NCBI GenBank assembly: GCA_963667785.2
Contig: CAXXMU010000002.1
Coordinates: 909,933 to 973,932, forward strand
DNA from: Alphaproteobacteria bacterium
Lineage (GTDB): Bacteria > Pseudomonadota > Alphaproteobacteria > UBA828
Direction: 5' to 3'
DNA: 64,000 nt
The notes under the pieces are model-generated. The model did not search any database. It had not been told where the DNA came from and was given only the letters and a program-made list of their open reading frames with translations. Below, piece by piece: positions 10,573 to 19,860 of this stretch. Numbering within the stretch: position 1 is the stretch's first letter; each line of letters opens with the position of its first letter. The translations under genes and the position numbers were made by a program.

Positions 10573-11157
10573 GTGCCCGACGTCGAAGCCTCGTTCCACA
10601 TCGACCAGCCCGCCGGCCGCGTCTGGGACTTCTTCCAGGACGTGCCCGAGGTCGTGACCTGCATGCCGGGCACGGAGCTCCTCTCCCAGACCGGCGAGGC
10701 GAGCTATGCGGGCAGGGTCACCGTCAAGCTCGGGCCGGTGACGGCCGCCTTCGAGGGCGAGGCCACCATCGTCGAGACGGACCGCTCCGCCCGTACCGCC
10801 ACGATCGAGGCGACGGGCGTGGACCGCCGGGGCAACAACCGCGCGACGGCGCACATGGCCTACGAGATCCAGGAGCATGACGGCGGCGCCCGCGTCAGGC
10901 TTCACGGCACCGTCAAGCTGAGCGGCGCGCTCGCGCAGATGGGCCGCGGCGGCATCGTGCAGGACGTGGCCAGCCACCTCACCGCGCAGTTCTCCGAGCG
11001 CCTGCACCAAAAACTCGCCCGGCGCGGGCAGGACGGCGATCTCGACAGGGACGCTCAGGCGCCGCCCGGTGCGATCGCGGGCACCCGCGTGGCGCGCATC
11101 GTCGCCCTGGCCTGGATAAGACGGGTGCTGGCATCGCTGTTCGGGCGGAGGGGCTAA
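10573..11157 (+). CDS. coxG: CoxG/SRPBCC family protein
   Basis: VWDFFQDVPEVVTCMPG, VKLGPV..AFEG, LSGALAQMGR; converges on a CoxL-like gene. Confidence 0.85.
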   Translation: MPDVEASFHIDQPAGRVWDFFQDVPEVVTCMPGTELLSQTGEASYAGRVTVKLGPVTAAFEGEATIVETDRSARTATIEATGVDRRGNNRATAHMAYEIQEHDGGARVRLHGTVKLSGALAQMGRGGIVQDVASHLTAQFSERLHQKLARRGQDGDLDRDAQAPPGAIAGTRVARIVALAWIRRVLASLFGRRG

Positions 11158-13550
11158 CTCTTCCGCGCCCGGTTCAGCATCCTGTGGATCGCGTCGGGCG
11201 TGAGCGGCGCCTCCCGGATCGGCGCGATGCCGAAAGGCTGCAGGGCATCCTCGACTGCCGACGCGTAGACCTGCGCCACCGGGATGGTGCCCGCCTCGCC
11301 CACGCCCTTGACGCCGAGAGGGTTGAGCGGCGTGGGCGTTTCCGAGTGCAGGATCTCCACGTCCGGCACCTCGGTCGCGTAGGGCATCAGGAAGTCCATG
11401 AAGTTGGCGTTGAGCGGCGTGCCGTCCTCGTCGAACTCGCAGCGCTCGTAGAAGGCGCCGCCTACGCCCTGGGCTATTCCGCCCATCACCTGGCCTTCGA
11501 CGATGGTCGGGTTGATCATCCGCCCGCAGTCGTGAATGCAGACGTAGCGCCTGACCTCGATCGTGCAGAGCTCGGGGTCCACCTCGATCACCGCGGCATG
11601 GGCGCCGAAGGCCCAGGTCGCATGCGGCGGGCTGTAGTAGTCGGTCGCCTCGATCCCCGGAGTCCGGCCTTCGGCGAGCTGCGGCCCGTCGTGGCGGCTC
11701 GCCGGCGCGAACTGGGTGGCGCTGGCCGACGGCTTGTTGAAGGCGTAGCGCAGCGGGTTGGTCGCGGTCGCGATCTCCGCCAGCGTCGCCGAGCGGTCGG
11801 TCCCCATCACCCAGGCCGCGCCGTCGCGCAGCTCGATGTCCTCCTGGCTGCACTCCATCATGTTGGCGGCGGCCTCGACGATCTGGGCGCGCGCCTTCAC
11901 CGCGGCCATGTGGATCGCGTTGCCGCTGCACACCGCCGCGCGGCTCGCGAAGGTGGCGACTCCCCACTCGAACGCGCCGGTGTCGCCCTCGACAACGATC
12001 ACGTCGTCCACGCGCGCTCCCGTCTGCTCGGCGGCGATCTGGGCGAAGACGGTCTCGTGGCCCTGGCCCTGATCGGTGAGCCCGGTGTTGACGTAGACCT
12101 TGCCGGTGATCGGGTGGATCTTGACGTGGCCGCCCTCGTAGGGGCCGAGCCCGGTTCCCTCGACGTAGAAGCCGAGGCCGAGGCCGAGGTAGCGCCCTTC
12201 CTCGCGGGCGGCCGCCTGGGCCGCGCGAAAGCCGTCCACGTCGATGGTCCGGCAGAGCGTCTCCAGCGCCTCCTCGTAGGCGCCGCTGTCGTGGCTGACG
12301 TGCAGGCCGTCGGCGAAGATCAGCCCCTCGCGCAGATAGGGGAACTCGTCCTTGCCGATGAAATTCCGCCGCCGGACCTCGAAGCGGTCGAGACCGAGCT
12401 CGCCGGCGAGCTGATCCATGGCGCGCTCGATCGCGTAGCAGGCGTGCGGCCGGCCGCAGCCGCGATAGGGCGTCACCTGCACCGCCGGCAGGTAGACGGG
12501 GCGGAAGGTGACCCGGAAGTTCGGGATGCGGTAGGGACCGGCGATCGACGTCGCGCTCACCAGGGCGACCGCGACCCCGTAGGGAATGAAGGCGCCGGTG
12601 TCGTGCAGGAAATCGTCCCTGAGCCCGATCACCCGGCCGTCCTTCATGGCCGCGATCTCGAGGGTGTGAATCTGCGCGCGCTCCTGCGAGGCGCCGATGA
12701 AGTTCTCGACCCTGTCCTCGATGTACTTGACCGGGCGGCCCAACTCCATCGCGGCCAGCGGCACCAGCATTTCGTCGGGGTGGAACATCATGATCTTCTG
12801 GCCGAAGCCGCCGCCCACGTTGGGTGCGATCACCCGCACCTTGTCCTCGTCGATCCGGAAGAGCGAGGCCAGCCCGCCACGCACCGAGAGAGTCGACTGC
12901 GTGCTGTCCCACACCGTGAGCTCGCCGGTCACGGCCTCCCAGCGGGCCGCGATGGCGCGGCATTCCAGCGGCGCAGCGGTGCTGCGCTCGAGCCGGACCT
13001 CGATGCGCGTGACGTGCTCGGCCCCGGCGAACGCCGCGTCGGTATCCCCGGTCTCGACGCAGAAGCGCCCGGCTACGTTGTTGGGCACGTCCGGGTGAAC
13101 GCGCGGGGCGTCGTCGCCCACCGCCTTCTCGAGGTCCATCTCGACCGGCAGGGGGTCGTAATCGATCTCGATCAGACGCACCGCGTCCTCTGCGACGTAG
13201 CGGTCGACCGCCACCACCATCGCGATGCACTGGCCGACATAGAACACGTCGTCGCGCGCGAGCGGCCGCTGCGTCTTCGGATGGGTAAGGTCGGGCGCGG
13301 GGATCAGCAGAGGCAGCGGGGCGTCGAGCGCGCCGATGTTCTCGCAGGTGTAGACCCTGACCACGCCGTCGAGGGCTTCCGCCGCGCTGACGTCGACGGA
13401 GCGGAGCTTCGCCCTCGCGACCGTGCTGCGGGCGAACGCCGCGTGCAGCGCGCCGGGCAGGTCGATATCGTCGATGAAGCTCCCCTCGCCGCGCAGGAGA
13501 GCGGCATCGGCATTGCGCTCGATGCGTTCGCCGAACTGCCGGGTCGACAC
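11154..13550 (-). CDS. Xanthine-dehydrogenase-family molybdopterin-binding large subunit (CoxL/CutL-like, not form I CODH)
   Basis: VGGGFGQK, PYRGCGRP, QGQGHET, FASRA, GQVMGGIAQGVG, KGVGEAG motifs. Confidence 0.92.
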   Translation of the reverse strand: MSTRQFGERIERNADAALLRGEGSFIDDIDLPGALHAAFARSTVARAKLRSVDVSAAEALDGVVRVYTCENIGALDAPLPLLIPAPDLTHPKTQRPLARDDVFYVGQCIAMVVAVDRYVAEDAVRLIEIDYDPLPVEMDLEKAVGDDAPRVHPDVPNNVAGRFCVETGDTDAAFAGAEHVTRIEVRLERSTAAPLECRAIAARWEAVTGELTVWDSTQSTLSVRGGLASLFRIDEDKVRVIAPNVGGGFGQKIMMFHPDEMLVPLAAMELGRPVKYIEDRVENFIGASQERAQIHTLEIAAMKDGRVIGLRDDFLHDTGAFIPYGVAVALVSATSIAGPYRIPNFRVTFRPVYLPAVQVTPYRGCGRPHACYAIERAMDQLAGELGLDRFEVRRRNFIGKDEFPYLREGLIFADGLHVSHDSGAYEEALETLCRTIDVDGFRAAQAAAREEGRYLGLGLGFYVEGTGLGPYEGGHVKIHPITGKVYVNTGLTDQGQGHETVFAQIAAEQTGARVDDVIVVEGDTGAFEWGVATFASRAAVCSGNAIHMAAVKARAQIVEAAANMMECSQEDIELRDGAAWVMGTDRSATLAEIATATNPLRYAFNKPSASATQFAPASRHDGPQLAEGRTPGIEATDYYSPPHATWAFGAHAAVIEVDPELCTIEVRRYVCIHDCGRMINPTIVEGQVMGGIAQGVGGAFYERCEFDEDGTPLNANFMDFLMPYATEVPDVEILHSETPTPLNPLGVKGVGEAGTIPVAQVYASAVEDALQPFGIAPIREAPLTPDAIHRMLNRARKS

Positions 13551-13570
13551 GGTCGCTGCCCTCCCCCGCC

Positions 13571-14107
13571 TCAGCCCGCGCCGCGCATCAGCGCAGCGCT
13601 GCGCCGGAAGGCGGCCACGATGTCCTTGTAGCCCGTGCAGCGGCAGAGGTTGCCCGAGAGAACCGCGCGAATCGCGTCATCCGAAAGGTCGGGATCCTCG
13701 TTGCCCTCCAGGTAATCCACGATCGCCATGACGAAGCCCGGGGTGCAGTAGCCGCACTGCAGGCCGTGGCACTCGCGAAAGGCGCGCTGGACGGGATGAA
13801 GCGAGCCGTCCGGCGCAGCCACGCTCTCGATCGTGCGGATCTCGGCGCCGTCGGCCTGCACGGCGAAGGCGAGGCAGGACCGCCCTGCGTGTCCGTCGAT
13901 GATCACCGTGCAGCACCCGCAGACGCCGTGCTCGCAGCCGACATGGGTGCCCGTGAGCCGCAGCTCGTGGCGGATGAAGTCGCTCAGCAGCATGCGCGGG
14001 CTGACCTCGCGCTCGATGCGCTCGCCGTTCACGGTCATCGACACCGCGACGCGCGGATCGGGAGACGGGCGGGTCGAGGTCCCCTGTACGATCCGTCCCG
14101 CCATCAC
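13571..14107 (-). CDS. (2Fe-2S) small subunit, CoxS/CutS family
   Basis: GCEHGVCGCC, QCGYCTPG, GNLCRCTGY. Confidence 0.93.
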   Translation of the reverse strand: MMAGRIVQGTSTRPSPDPRVAVSMTVNGERIEREVSPRMLLSDFIRHELRLTGTHVGCEHGVCGCCTVIIDGHAGRSCLAFAVQADGAEIRTIESVAAPDGSLHPVQRAFRECHGLQCGYCTPGFVMAIVDYLEGNEDPDLSDDAIRAVLSGNLCRCTGYKDIVAAFRRSAALMRGAG

Positions 14108-14973
14108 GCCCGCCCCTGCGCCCGCCCGGCGGCCTTCGCGACGGTGCGCCGGACCAGGGCCGCCACGAGGTCCTTGCGGTAGTCGAGGCCGGCCTGGCGG
14201 TCATCGCCCGCCGTGACGCAATCGCGCGCGGCCTCGGCGGCGGCCGCCAGCGCCTCTCCCTCCGGCGGGGCGCCCAGCAGCGCGGTCTCGGCCGCGGCGA
14301 GGCGCGTCGGCTTCGAGGCGATGCCGCAGGCCGCGAGCCGCACGGCGCTGCAGGCGCCGTCCCTCAGCGTCACCAGGGCGCAGACGCCGGCGAGCGCGTA
14401 GTCGCCGTGGCGGCGCGCGACCTCCTGGAAGGCGTAGCCGGTACGGGGAGGAAGGGTCGGTATGCGCACCTCCGTCAGCAGCTCGCCCGCCTCGAGCGCC
14501 GTCGTCATGTGAAACAGGAAGAGCTCTTCGGCGGCAATCGTCCGCTCGCCCCCAGTGCTGCGCGCCACCGCCGAGCCGCCGGTCGCCACCAGCATGCAGG
14601 GCAGCTCAGCCGCGGCGTCGGCATGGGCGATGCTGCCGCCGACCGTGCCGCGATTGCGGATGACGATGTGCGCGACGTTGCCGAGCACCTCCGCAATCAG
14701 GGGATTCGCGCGCCGAACCGCCTCGTCGCGCTCGAGGTCCCGCTGGCGCGTCATCGCGCCCACCCTGATGACGTCGCCCTCGACCGCATACCCGTTGAGC
14801 GCGCCGATCCTGCGCAGGTCCACCAGCGTGGACGGCGCGGCGATGCGGAAGTTCATGGTGGGAACGAGGCTCTGCCCGCCGGCCAGCGGCCGCGCCATCT
14901 CGTCGCCCGCGAGGGCCTCCAGCGCCTCCTCGACGCTGCGCGGCGCCACGTACTCGAACAGTGCAGGCTTCAC
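14104..14973 (-). CDS. FAD-binding medium subunit, CoxM/CutM family
   Basis: AGGQSL, RNRGTVGGSIAHAD, RRHGDYA; GTG start after AGGAGG. Confidence 0.93.
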   Translation of the reverse strand: MKPALFEYVAPRSVEEALEALAGDEMARPLAGGQSLVPTMNFRIAAPSTLVDLRRIGALNGYAVEGDVIRVGAMTRQRDLERDEAVRRANPLIAEVLGNVAHIVIRNRGTVGGSIAHADAAAELPCMLVATGGSAVARSTGGERTIAAEELFLFHMTTALEAGELLTEVRIPTLPPRTGYAFQEVARRHGDYALAGVCALVTLRDGACSAVRLAACGIASKPTRLAAAETALLGAPPEGEALAAAAEAARDCVTAGDDRQAGLDYRKDLVAALVRRTVAKAAGRAQGRA

Positions 14974-15158
14974 TCCGCAGCCTCCTGGGCCGTGTCGGCG
15001 ACGAGCCCCCCGGTCACCGGGGCGGTCATGGCCGCCACGACCGGACTAGAGGGCTCCACCCGGACTGATCGAGAGACGTGGTGCAGCCCCGCCGGCCCGC
15101 GCCCGTGCTGCCGTCGGCAGCCTCGGGGCCAAGCCGGCGGGGCGATGAGTGACGATCC

Positions 15159-16463
15159 TCACGCGGCGAGGAAGCGGTTCCACTCCTTGATGAAGAGCGT
15201 GATGTTGCGCGGCCAGATCATCCAGTAGGCGATGTTCGACTGGCGCCGGAGCTTCGGCCCGGTGTCGCGCCCGCGGCCCTCGTACCACTTCAGCCACGAA
15301 TCCTCGGACATGTAGTTGCGCGCGGTGTCGGGGCAAGGCGAGTAGTAGCCCTGCTCGGCGTCCGCCGCGCCGCGCCAGCCTTCGAGGCACCAGTCCATGT
15401 AGGCCATGGCGACCTCCGGCTGTTCCGCCTCGCTGGAGAGGCACATGCCGTAGTACCAGGCGCCAGTGCCCTCCCACACGTCGACGTACCAGCACGGGAT
15501 GCCGCGCTTCCTCACGTCCTCGATGACCGGGTTCCAGCAGTCGATGCCCCACACCTCCTCGGAGGCGAGCAGGTTCACCGCCTCGCCGTAGTTGGTCCAG
15601 AGCGCGCGGAAGACGCCGTCCTGCTTGGCGCCGATCAGGAAGTCGATGACGTTCTTGAGCTCGTCCGGCTCGAGATCGCCATAGCCCACCGTCACCGGGT
15701 CCATCTTGCGGTTCTTCACGAGGTAGCTCGCGCAGCGAGGCGGCCCGATCAGGTCCTCGTTCTGGATCGAGACCTTGCCGCGCACGTCCACGTCGCGCCA
15801 CTGGCCCTCGTAGAGCACGCCGAGGGTGTCCGGCGTGTTCCGGTCCGCCTGCGTGTCGGCGAACTTGTGGGGCAGGATGCCCAGCGCATCCATGTTGTAA
15901 ATCTGCGGCAGCATCCCGAACGAGGTGCGGCTGTCATCCCAGTAGACCATCGCCACCGGCCAGCCGCTGGTGTGGTCGGCGCCGACATGGGCCGGGTCGG
16001 TGAAGAGCGTGTCGGCGAACTCCCAGTTGGTGATCTTCTCGGCCGGGATTGGCGCGATCGTCCCCGCCTCGCGCAGCGCAGGCACGCGGAAGGCGTTGGT
16101 CTCGATCATCGAGAAGGTCTCGTAGCCGCCGGTGATCCACTTCTGGACCGAATCGGCGAGGCTCGCGACCTGGCCCGTGACCTGCAGGCCGCCGCTCATC
16201 TCCTCGAACTGCTTGAAGAAGCGCTCCTGCGCGGAGACGCCGGTGCCGATGAGCTGCATCGGCTCGTCCTGGGTGATGCCGGCGACCCGGTCGGAGAACG
16301 CGGCCTCGGCCTGGCTCGCACCCAGGCCGGCCGCCGCAACCGCGGCCGTAGCCCCCGCCGCCGCCATGAACTCGCGCCGGTCGAGCCATGCCGCCGTACG
16401 CGAGCGTTCCTCGGCCTTGTCGCAGAACTGCTCGTGTCTCTTGTCTAGGTGTCCGTCGTCCAT
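15159..16463 (-). CDS. PotD/PotF-family extracellular solute-binding protein with Tat signal (paralog 1)
   Basis: LDRREFM twin-arginine motif, Ala-rich h-region and AEA cleavage site; clearly similar to 25800-27158. Confidence 0.85.
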   Translation of the reverse strand: MDDGHLDKRHEQFCDKAEERSRTAAWLDRREFMAAAGATAAVAAAGLGASQAEAAFSDRVAGITQDEPMQLIGTGVSAQERFFKQFEEMSGGLQVTGQVASLADSVQKWITGGYETFSMIETNAFRVPALREAGTIAPIPAEKITNWEFADTLFTDPAHVGADHTSGWPVAMVYWDDSRTSFGMLPQIYNMDALGILPHKFADTQADRNTPDTLGVLYEGQWRDVDVRGKVSIQNEDLIGPPRCASYLVKNRKMDPVTVGYGDLEPDELKNVIDFLIGAKQDGVFRALWTNYGEAVNLLASEEVWGIDCWNPVIEDVRKRGIPCWYVDVWEGTGAWYYGMCLSSEAEQPEVAMAYMDWCLEGWRGAADAEQGYYSPCPDTARNYMSEDSWLKWYEGRGRDTGPKLRRQSNIAYWMIWPRNITLFIKEWNRFLAA

Positions 16464-16526
16464 CTCTGCCTCCCTGAGCCTGTCGAATGCTTCGGCGGCG
16501 CCCGACCTGCGCCGGGCGTCCCGTGA

Positions 16527-17285
16527 CTATTCGGCGGCAGCCCTGCCGGCCGGAGCCTCCGTGCCGAACTGCTGCAACATCCCGGTAAAGGCCTTCTGCT
16601 CCGGGAACCTGTAGGTCTTCCACTTGCTTGTCTTGCGGCCGATCTCGACGATGCTCTCGGCCATCTTGGTGGCGCACACCACCCCGTCGAGCACCGGAAT
16701 GCCGAGCTCGGCCTCCAGCCCGTCGGCGAACTCGGCGAAGCCGGCGCAGCCGAGGCAGATCGCCTCGGCATCGTCCTCGTCGCGGGCGCGGTAGCATTCC
16801 TGACGCAGCTTCTCGAGCGAGCCCTCGTAGTCCCGCTCCACGTCGAGCACATAGACCGGCGAGGTGCGCACGCTCACCCTGTGGCTGAGCCCGTAGCCGG
16901 CCACCATGTCCACCACCGGCACCCGGAAGCGCGGGATGATGGTGACGATCGCCACGCGGGCGGCGAGCTGGCACGCCATGTAGAGCGACGCTTCCGCGAT
17001 CCCGATCACCGGCTTGTCGGTCATCTCGCGCGCGGCGTGCAGGCCGGGGTCGCCGTAGCAGGCGATGATGTAGGCGTCGAAGCCCTGCTGGTCGCCCTTG
17101 CGGATCTCGTTCAGGATGCCGGGCACGCACAGGTACTCGTCGTAGAAGGATTCGATCGAGGCCGGCGCGTAGTCGGGCGTCACCGCCGCGACCTCGGTTC
17201 CCTCCCGCGCGACCGAGCGCCCCGCCACCGCGTCGGCGTCCGTCATGTCCTGCGACGAGTTGGGGTTGATGATCATGATCTTCAT
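16527..17285 (-). CDS. Asp/Glu/hydantoin racemase (allantoin/hydantoin racemase type)
   Basis: IINPNSS, IIACYGDPGL, LGCAGF catalytic Cys pair, PVLDGV; GGAGG RBS. Confidence 0.92.
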   Translation of the reverse strand: MKIMIINPNSSQDMTDADAVAGRSVAREGTEVAAVTPDYAPASIESFYDEYLCVPGILNEIRKGDQQGFDAYIIACYGDPGLHAAREMTDKPVIGIAEASLYMACQLAARVAIVTIIPRFRVPVVDMVAGYGLSHRVSVRTSPVYVLDVERDYEGSLEKLRQECYRARDEDDAEAICLGCAGFAEFADGLEAELGIPVLDGVVCATKMAESIVEIGRKTSKWKTYRFPEQKAFTGMLQQFGTEAPAGRAAAE

Positions 17286-17433
17286 GGTGACCGCCTCCCT
17301 GTCGCAGCCGGGACCGCACGCGTCCCATGCTGCCTGATCCCTGAGCGAAGCGTACAACCGCGCGCGCGCCCGAGTCCACAATCGCGCCGCCCGAGACTCG
17401 CGCCGTCCGCGCCGCGGGTCCGCGCGCTCCCGC

Positions 17434-18579
17434 TCAGTAGCCGCACCAGCGGCGGGCGAGGATTTCGTAGACCTCCGCCGCCTGCTCGATGTGAGCCACC
17501 GGGCAGTACTCGTCCGTCTGGTGCGCCATGTGCATCTCGCCGGGGCCCAGGATGACGGTCGGCGGCCGCCCGTAGGCGGGGCTCAGCGCGGACGCATCGG
17601 TGAAGTAGGGAGCGCCGCGCGGCTCGATCGGCTCGCCGAGGATCGGCTCCATCACCGCGTAGATCTCCTGAATCCACGGGTGGGTGTGCGGCGTGTGCAC
17701 GCCGCCGCAGTCGACGATGCGGGCAATCCTGTTCTCGTCGCCCAGATACCCCTCCAGCCCGGAGAGGATCTTCGCGTGGTCCTGCTCGGGCAGAGTCCTG
17801 ATGTCGACGGTGAACTCGGCGTGGTCCGGCACCGAGTTGAGGTTGAGGCCACCCTGCATGGTGCCGACGTTGAGGGTCGAGCGGCCGAGCAGCTCGTGGG
17901 GCATCACGTTGAAATCGAACTCCTCGAGCCTGGTCACCGAGCGCGCCGCCTTGTAGAGCGCGTTGTCGCCGTGCTCCGGCATCGAGCCGTGGGAGGTGAT
18001 GCCCTCGGTCTCCACCTTGAGCCAGAGCGCCCCCTTGTGGCCGAGAATCGGGTAGTTGGAGGTGGGCTCGGCGATGACGATGGCGCCGGCCTCGCCGAGC
18101 GCACCGATCTCGCCCAGATGGAAGGAGCCTTCGCAGCCCGTCTCCTCGCCGGCGCAGATCGCCAGCACGATGTCAGCCGTCCCGCGCTTCCGTTCCTGCG
18201 CGAGCTTCAGGGCGACGTGGACGAAGGACGAGATTCCGGCCTTCATGTCGGTGGTGCCGCGGCCGAAGAGCTTGCCGTCCACGATCTCGGCGCCGAAGGG
18301 GTCGACCGACCATTCCTTGGCGCCGAGCGGCACCACGTCGATATGCCCGCCGAAGCAGAGCGGCTTCTTGCCGTCGCTGCCGTTGCCGCCCTCGCCGCGC
18401 AGCACCGCCACGAGGCTCGTCCGCTCCGGCGCGAACTCGTAGTAGGAGACCTCGAGCCCCGCCGCGCTCAGCATGTCGCCGAGATAGTGGGCGCACTCGA
18501 CTTCGCGGCCGGGGGGATTGCGGGTGTCCATGCGGACGATGTCCCTGGTGATCTCCAGCGCGGACGGTATGGGCGGCAT
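17434..18579 (-). CDS. M20 metallopeptidase/amidohydrolase (ArgE/DapE family)
   Basis: GHIDVVP, GRGTTDMKAG, GEE, AEPT, HGSMP, FTDA, AHQTDE. Confidence 0.92.
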   Translation of the reverse strand: MPPIPSALEITRDIVRMDTRNPPGREVECAHYLGDMLSAAGLEVSYYEFAPERTSLVAVLRGEGGNGSDGKKPLCFGGHIDVVPLGAKEWSVDPFGAEIVDGKLFGRGTTDMKAGISSFVHVALKLAQERKRGTADIVLAICAGEETGCEGSFHLGEIGALGEAGAIVIAEPTSNYPILGHKGALWLKVETEGITSHGSMPEHGDNALYKAARSVTRLEEFDFNVMPHELLGRSTLNVGTMQGGLNLNSVPDHAEFTVDIRTLPEQDHAKILSGLEGYLGDENRIARIVDCGGVHTPHTHPWIQEIYAVMEPILGEPIEPRGAPYFTDASALSPAYGRPPTVILGPGEMHMAHQTDEYCPVAHIEQAAEVYEILARRWCGY

Positions 18580-18773
18580 GGACTGGGTTCCTTCTCCCCG
18601 GCGGCACGCCGCCAGTATGGCCAGAGCGCCGCCGAGGGTCCAGATCGAGCGGGGCGCGCCCTGTGCCCGGAACCGACGCCGCACCTGAACCGCGGCGCCG
18701 CGTCTGTGCTAGGTTGCGCCCGGTTCAACCGGGGCCCGGCGCCGTCGCGGGCCGAAGGGGCGAGGAGCGGACC

Positions 18774-19769
18774 ATGGCGCGAATCGTGCGATTCCATGAG
18801 ACCGGCGGGCCCGAGGTGCTGCGCCTCGACGAGGTGCCGGAGATGGACCCGGGACCCGGCGAGGTCCGGATCCGGATCGAGGCGATCGGGCTGAACCGGG
18901 CGGAGGTCATGCTCCGCGAGGGTATCTACCACGAGCGCCCGGTCTTTCCCTCGCGCATCGGCTACGAGGCCGCCGGCGTGGTGGAAGCCGTCGGCGACGG
19001 GGTGACCAACGTGAGCGAAGGCGAGCGCATCGCCACGGTCCCCTCCTTCGCGCTCTCGCAGACCCGGCAGGGGGTCTACGGCGAGAGCGCCACCGTGCCG
19101 GCGGAGATCGCGGCGCCCTACCCGGCGGCGCTGACGCCGGCCCAGGGGGCCGCGCTCTGGATGGCCTATCTCACGGCCTACGGCGCGCTCGTCCGCTACG
19201 GCGCCCTCGGCCCCGGCGACGCCGCGATCGTCACCGCCGCGAGCAGCAGCGTCGGCATCGCCGCGATCCAGATCGCGAGGGAGCGCGGCGCCACCGTGAT
19301 CGCGACCACACGGACCGCGGCGAAGAAGGATGCGCTCCTCGGCTTCGGCGCCGATCACGTCGTGGCGACTGAGGAGGAGGACCTGCCGGCGCGGGTCATG
19401 GAGATCACCGGCGGCGCCGGCGCCCGCGTGGTCTTCGATCCGATCGCGGGGCCGCTGCTGACGACGCTCTGCGGCGCCTGCGCGCCTTACGGGACGATCT
19501 ACGAGTACGGCGCGCTGCATCCCGGCGAGACCGTCTATCCCCTCATGCCGATGCTGGCGAAGTCGCTCACCATCACGGGCTATCAGGTGCTCGACTTCGT
19601 GCGCGACGAGGCGCGCTTCGAGGCGGGGCGGGACTACATCTTCGCGGGCCTCGCGAGCGGCGCGCTCTCGCCCGTGATCGACGGGGAGTTTCCACTGGAG
19701 CAGATCGTGGACGCGCACCGCCACATGGAATCCAACACCCAGTGCGGCAAGATCGTGGTCACGGTGTGA
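18774..19769 (+). CDS. MDR family NADPH:quinone oxidoreductase-like protein
   Basis: GGPEVL, GLNRAE, GYEAAG, AASSSVG, GKIVV; GAGGAG RBS. Confidence 0.9.
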   Translation: MARIVRFHETGGPEVLRLDEVPEMDPGPGEVRIRIEAIGLNRAEVMLREGIYHERPVFPSRIGYEAAGVVEAVGDGVTNVSEGERIATVPSFALSQTRQGVYGESATVPAEIAAPYPAALTPAQGAALWMAYLTAYGALVRYGALGPGDAAIVTAASSSVGIAAIQIARERGATVIATTRTAAKKDALLGFGADHVVATEEEDLPARVMEITGGAGARVVFDPIAGPLLTTLCGACAPYGTIYEYGALHPGETVYPLMPMLAKSLTITGYQVLDFVRDEARFEAGRDYIFAGLASGALSPVIDGEFPLEQIVDAHRHMESNTQCGKIVVTV

Positions 19770-19860
19770 CGACGGGCGCATACCGCGTTGACCGCGGTTC
19801 CATGGCGGTGAGACACTAGTAGGGCCTGCGCGACGCCAGGCTCCCGCGGAGGACGATGCG

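Noticed and set aside
11154-14973. Aerobic CO dehydrogenase (coxMSL + coxG)
   Set aside because: Lacks the form I AYxCSFR motif and the coxDEF accessory genes; called a generic Mo-hydroxylase.
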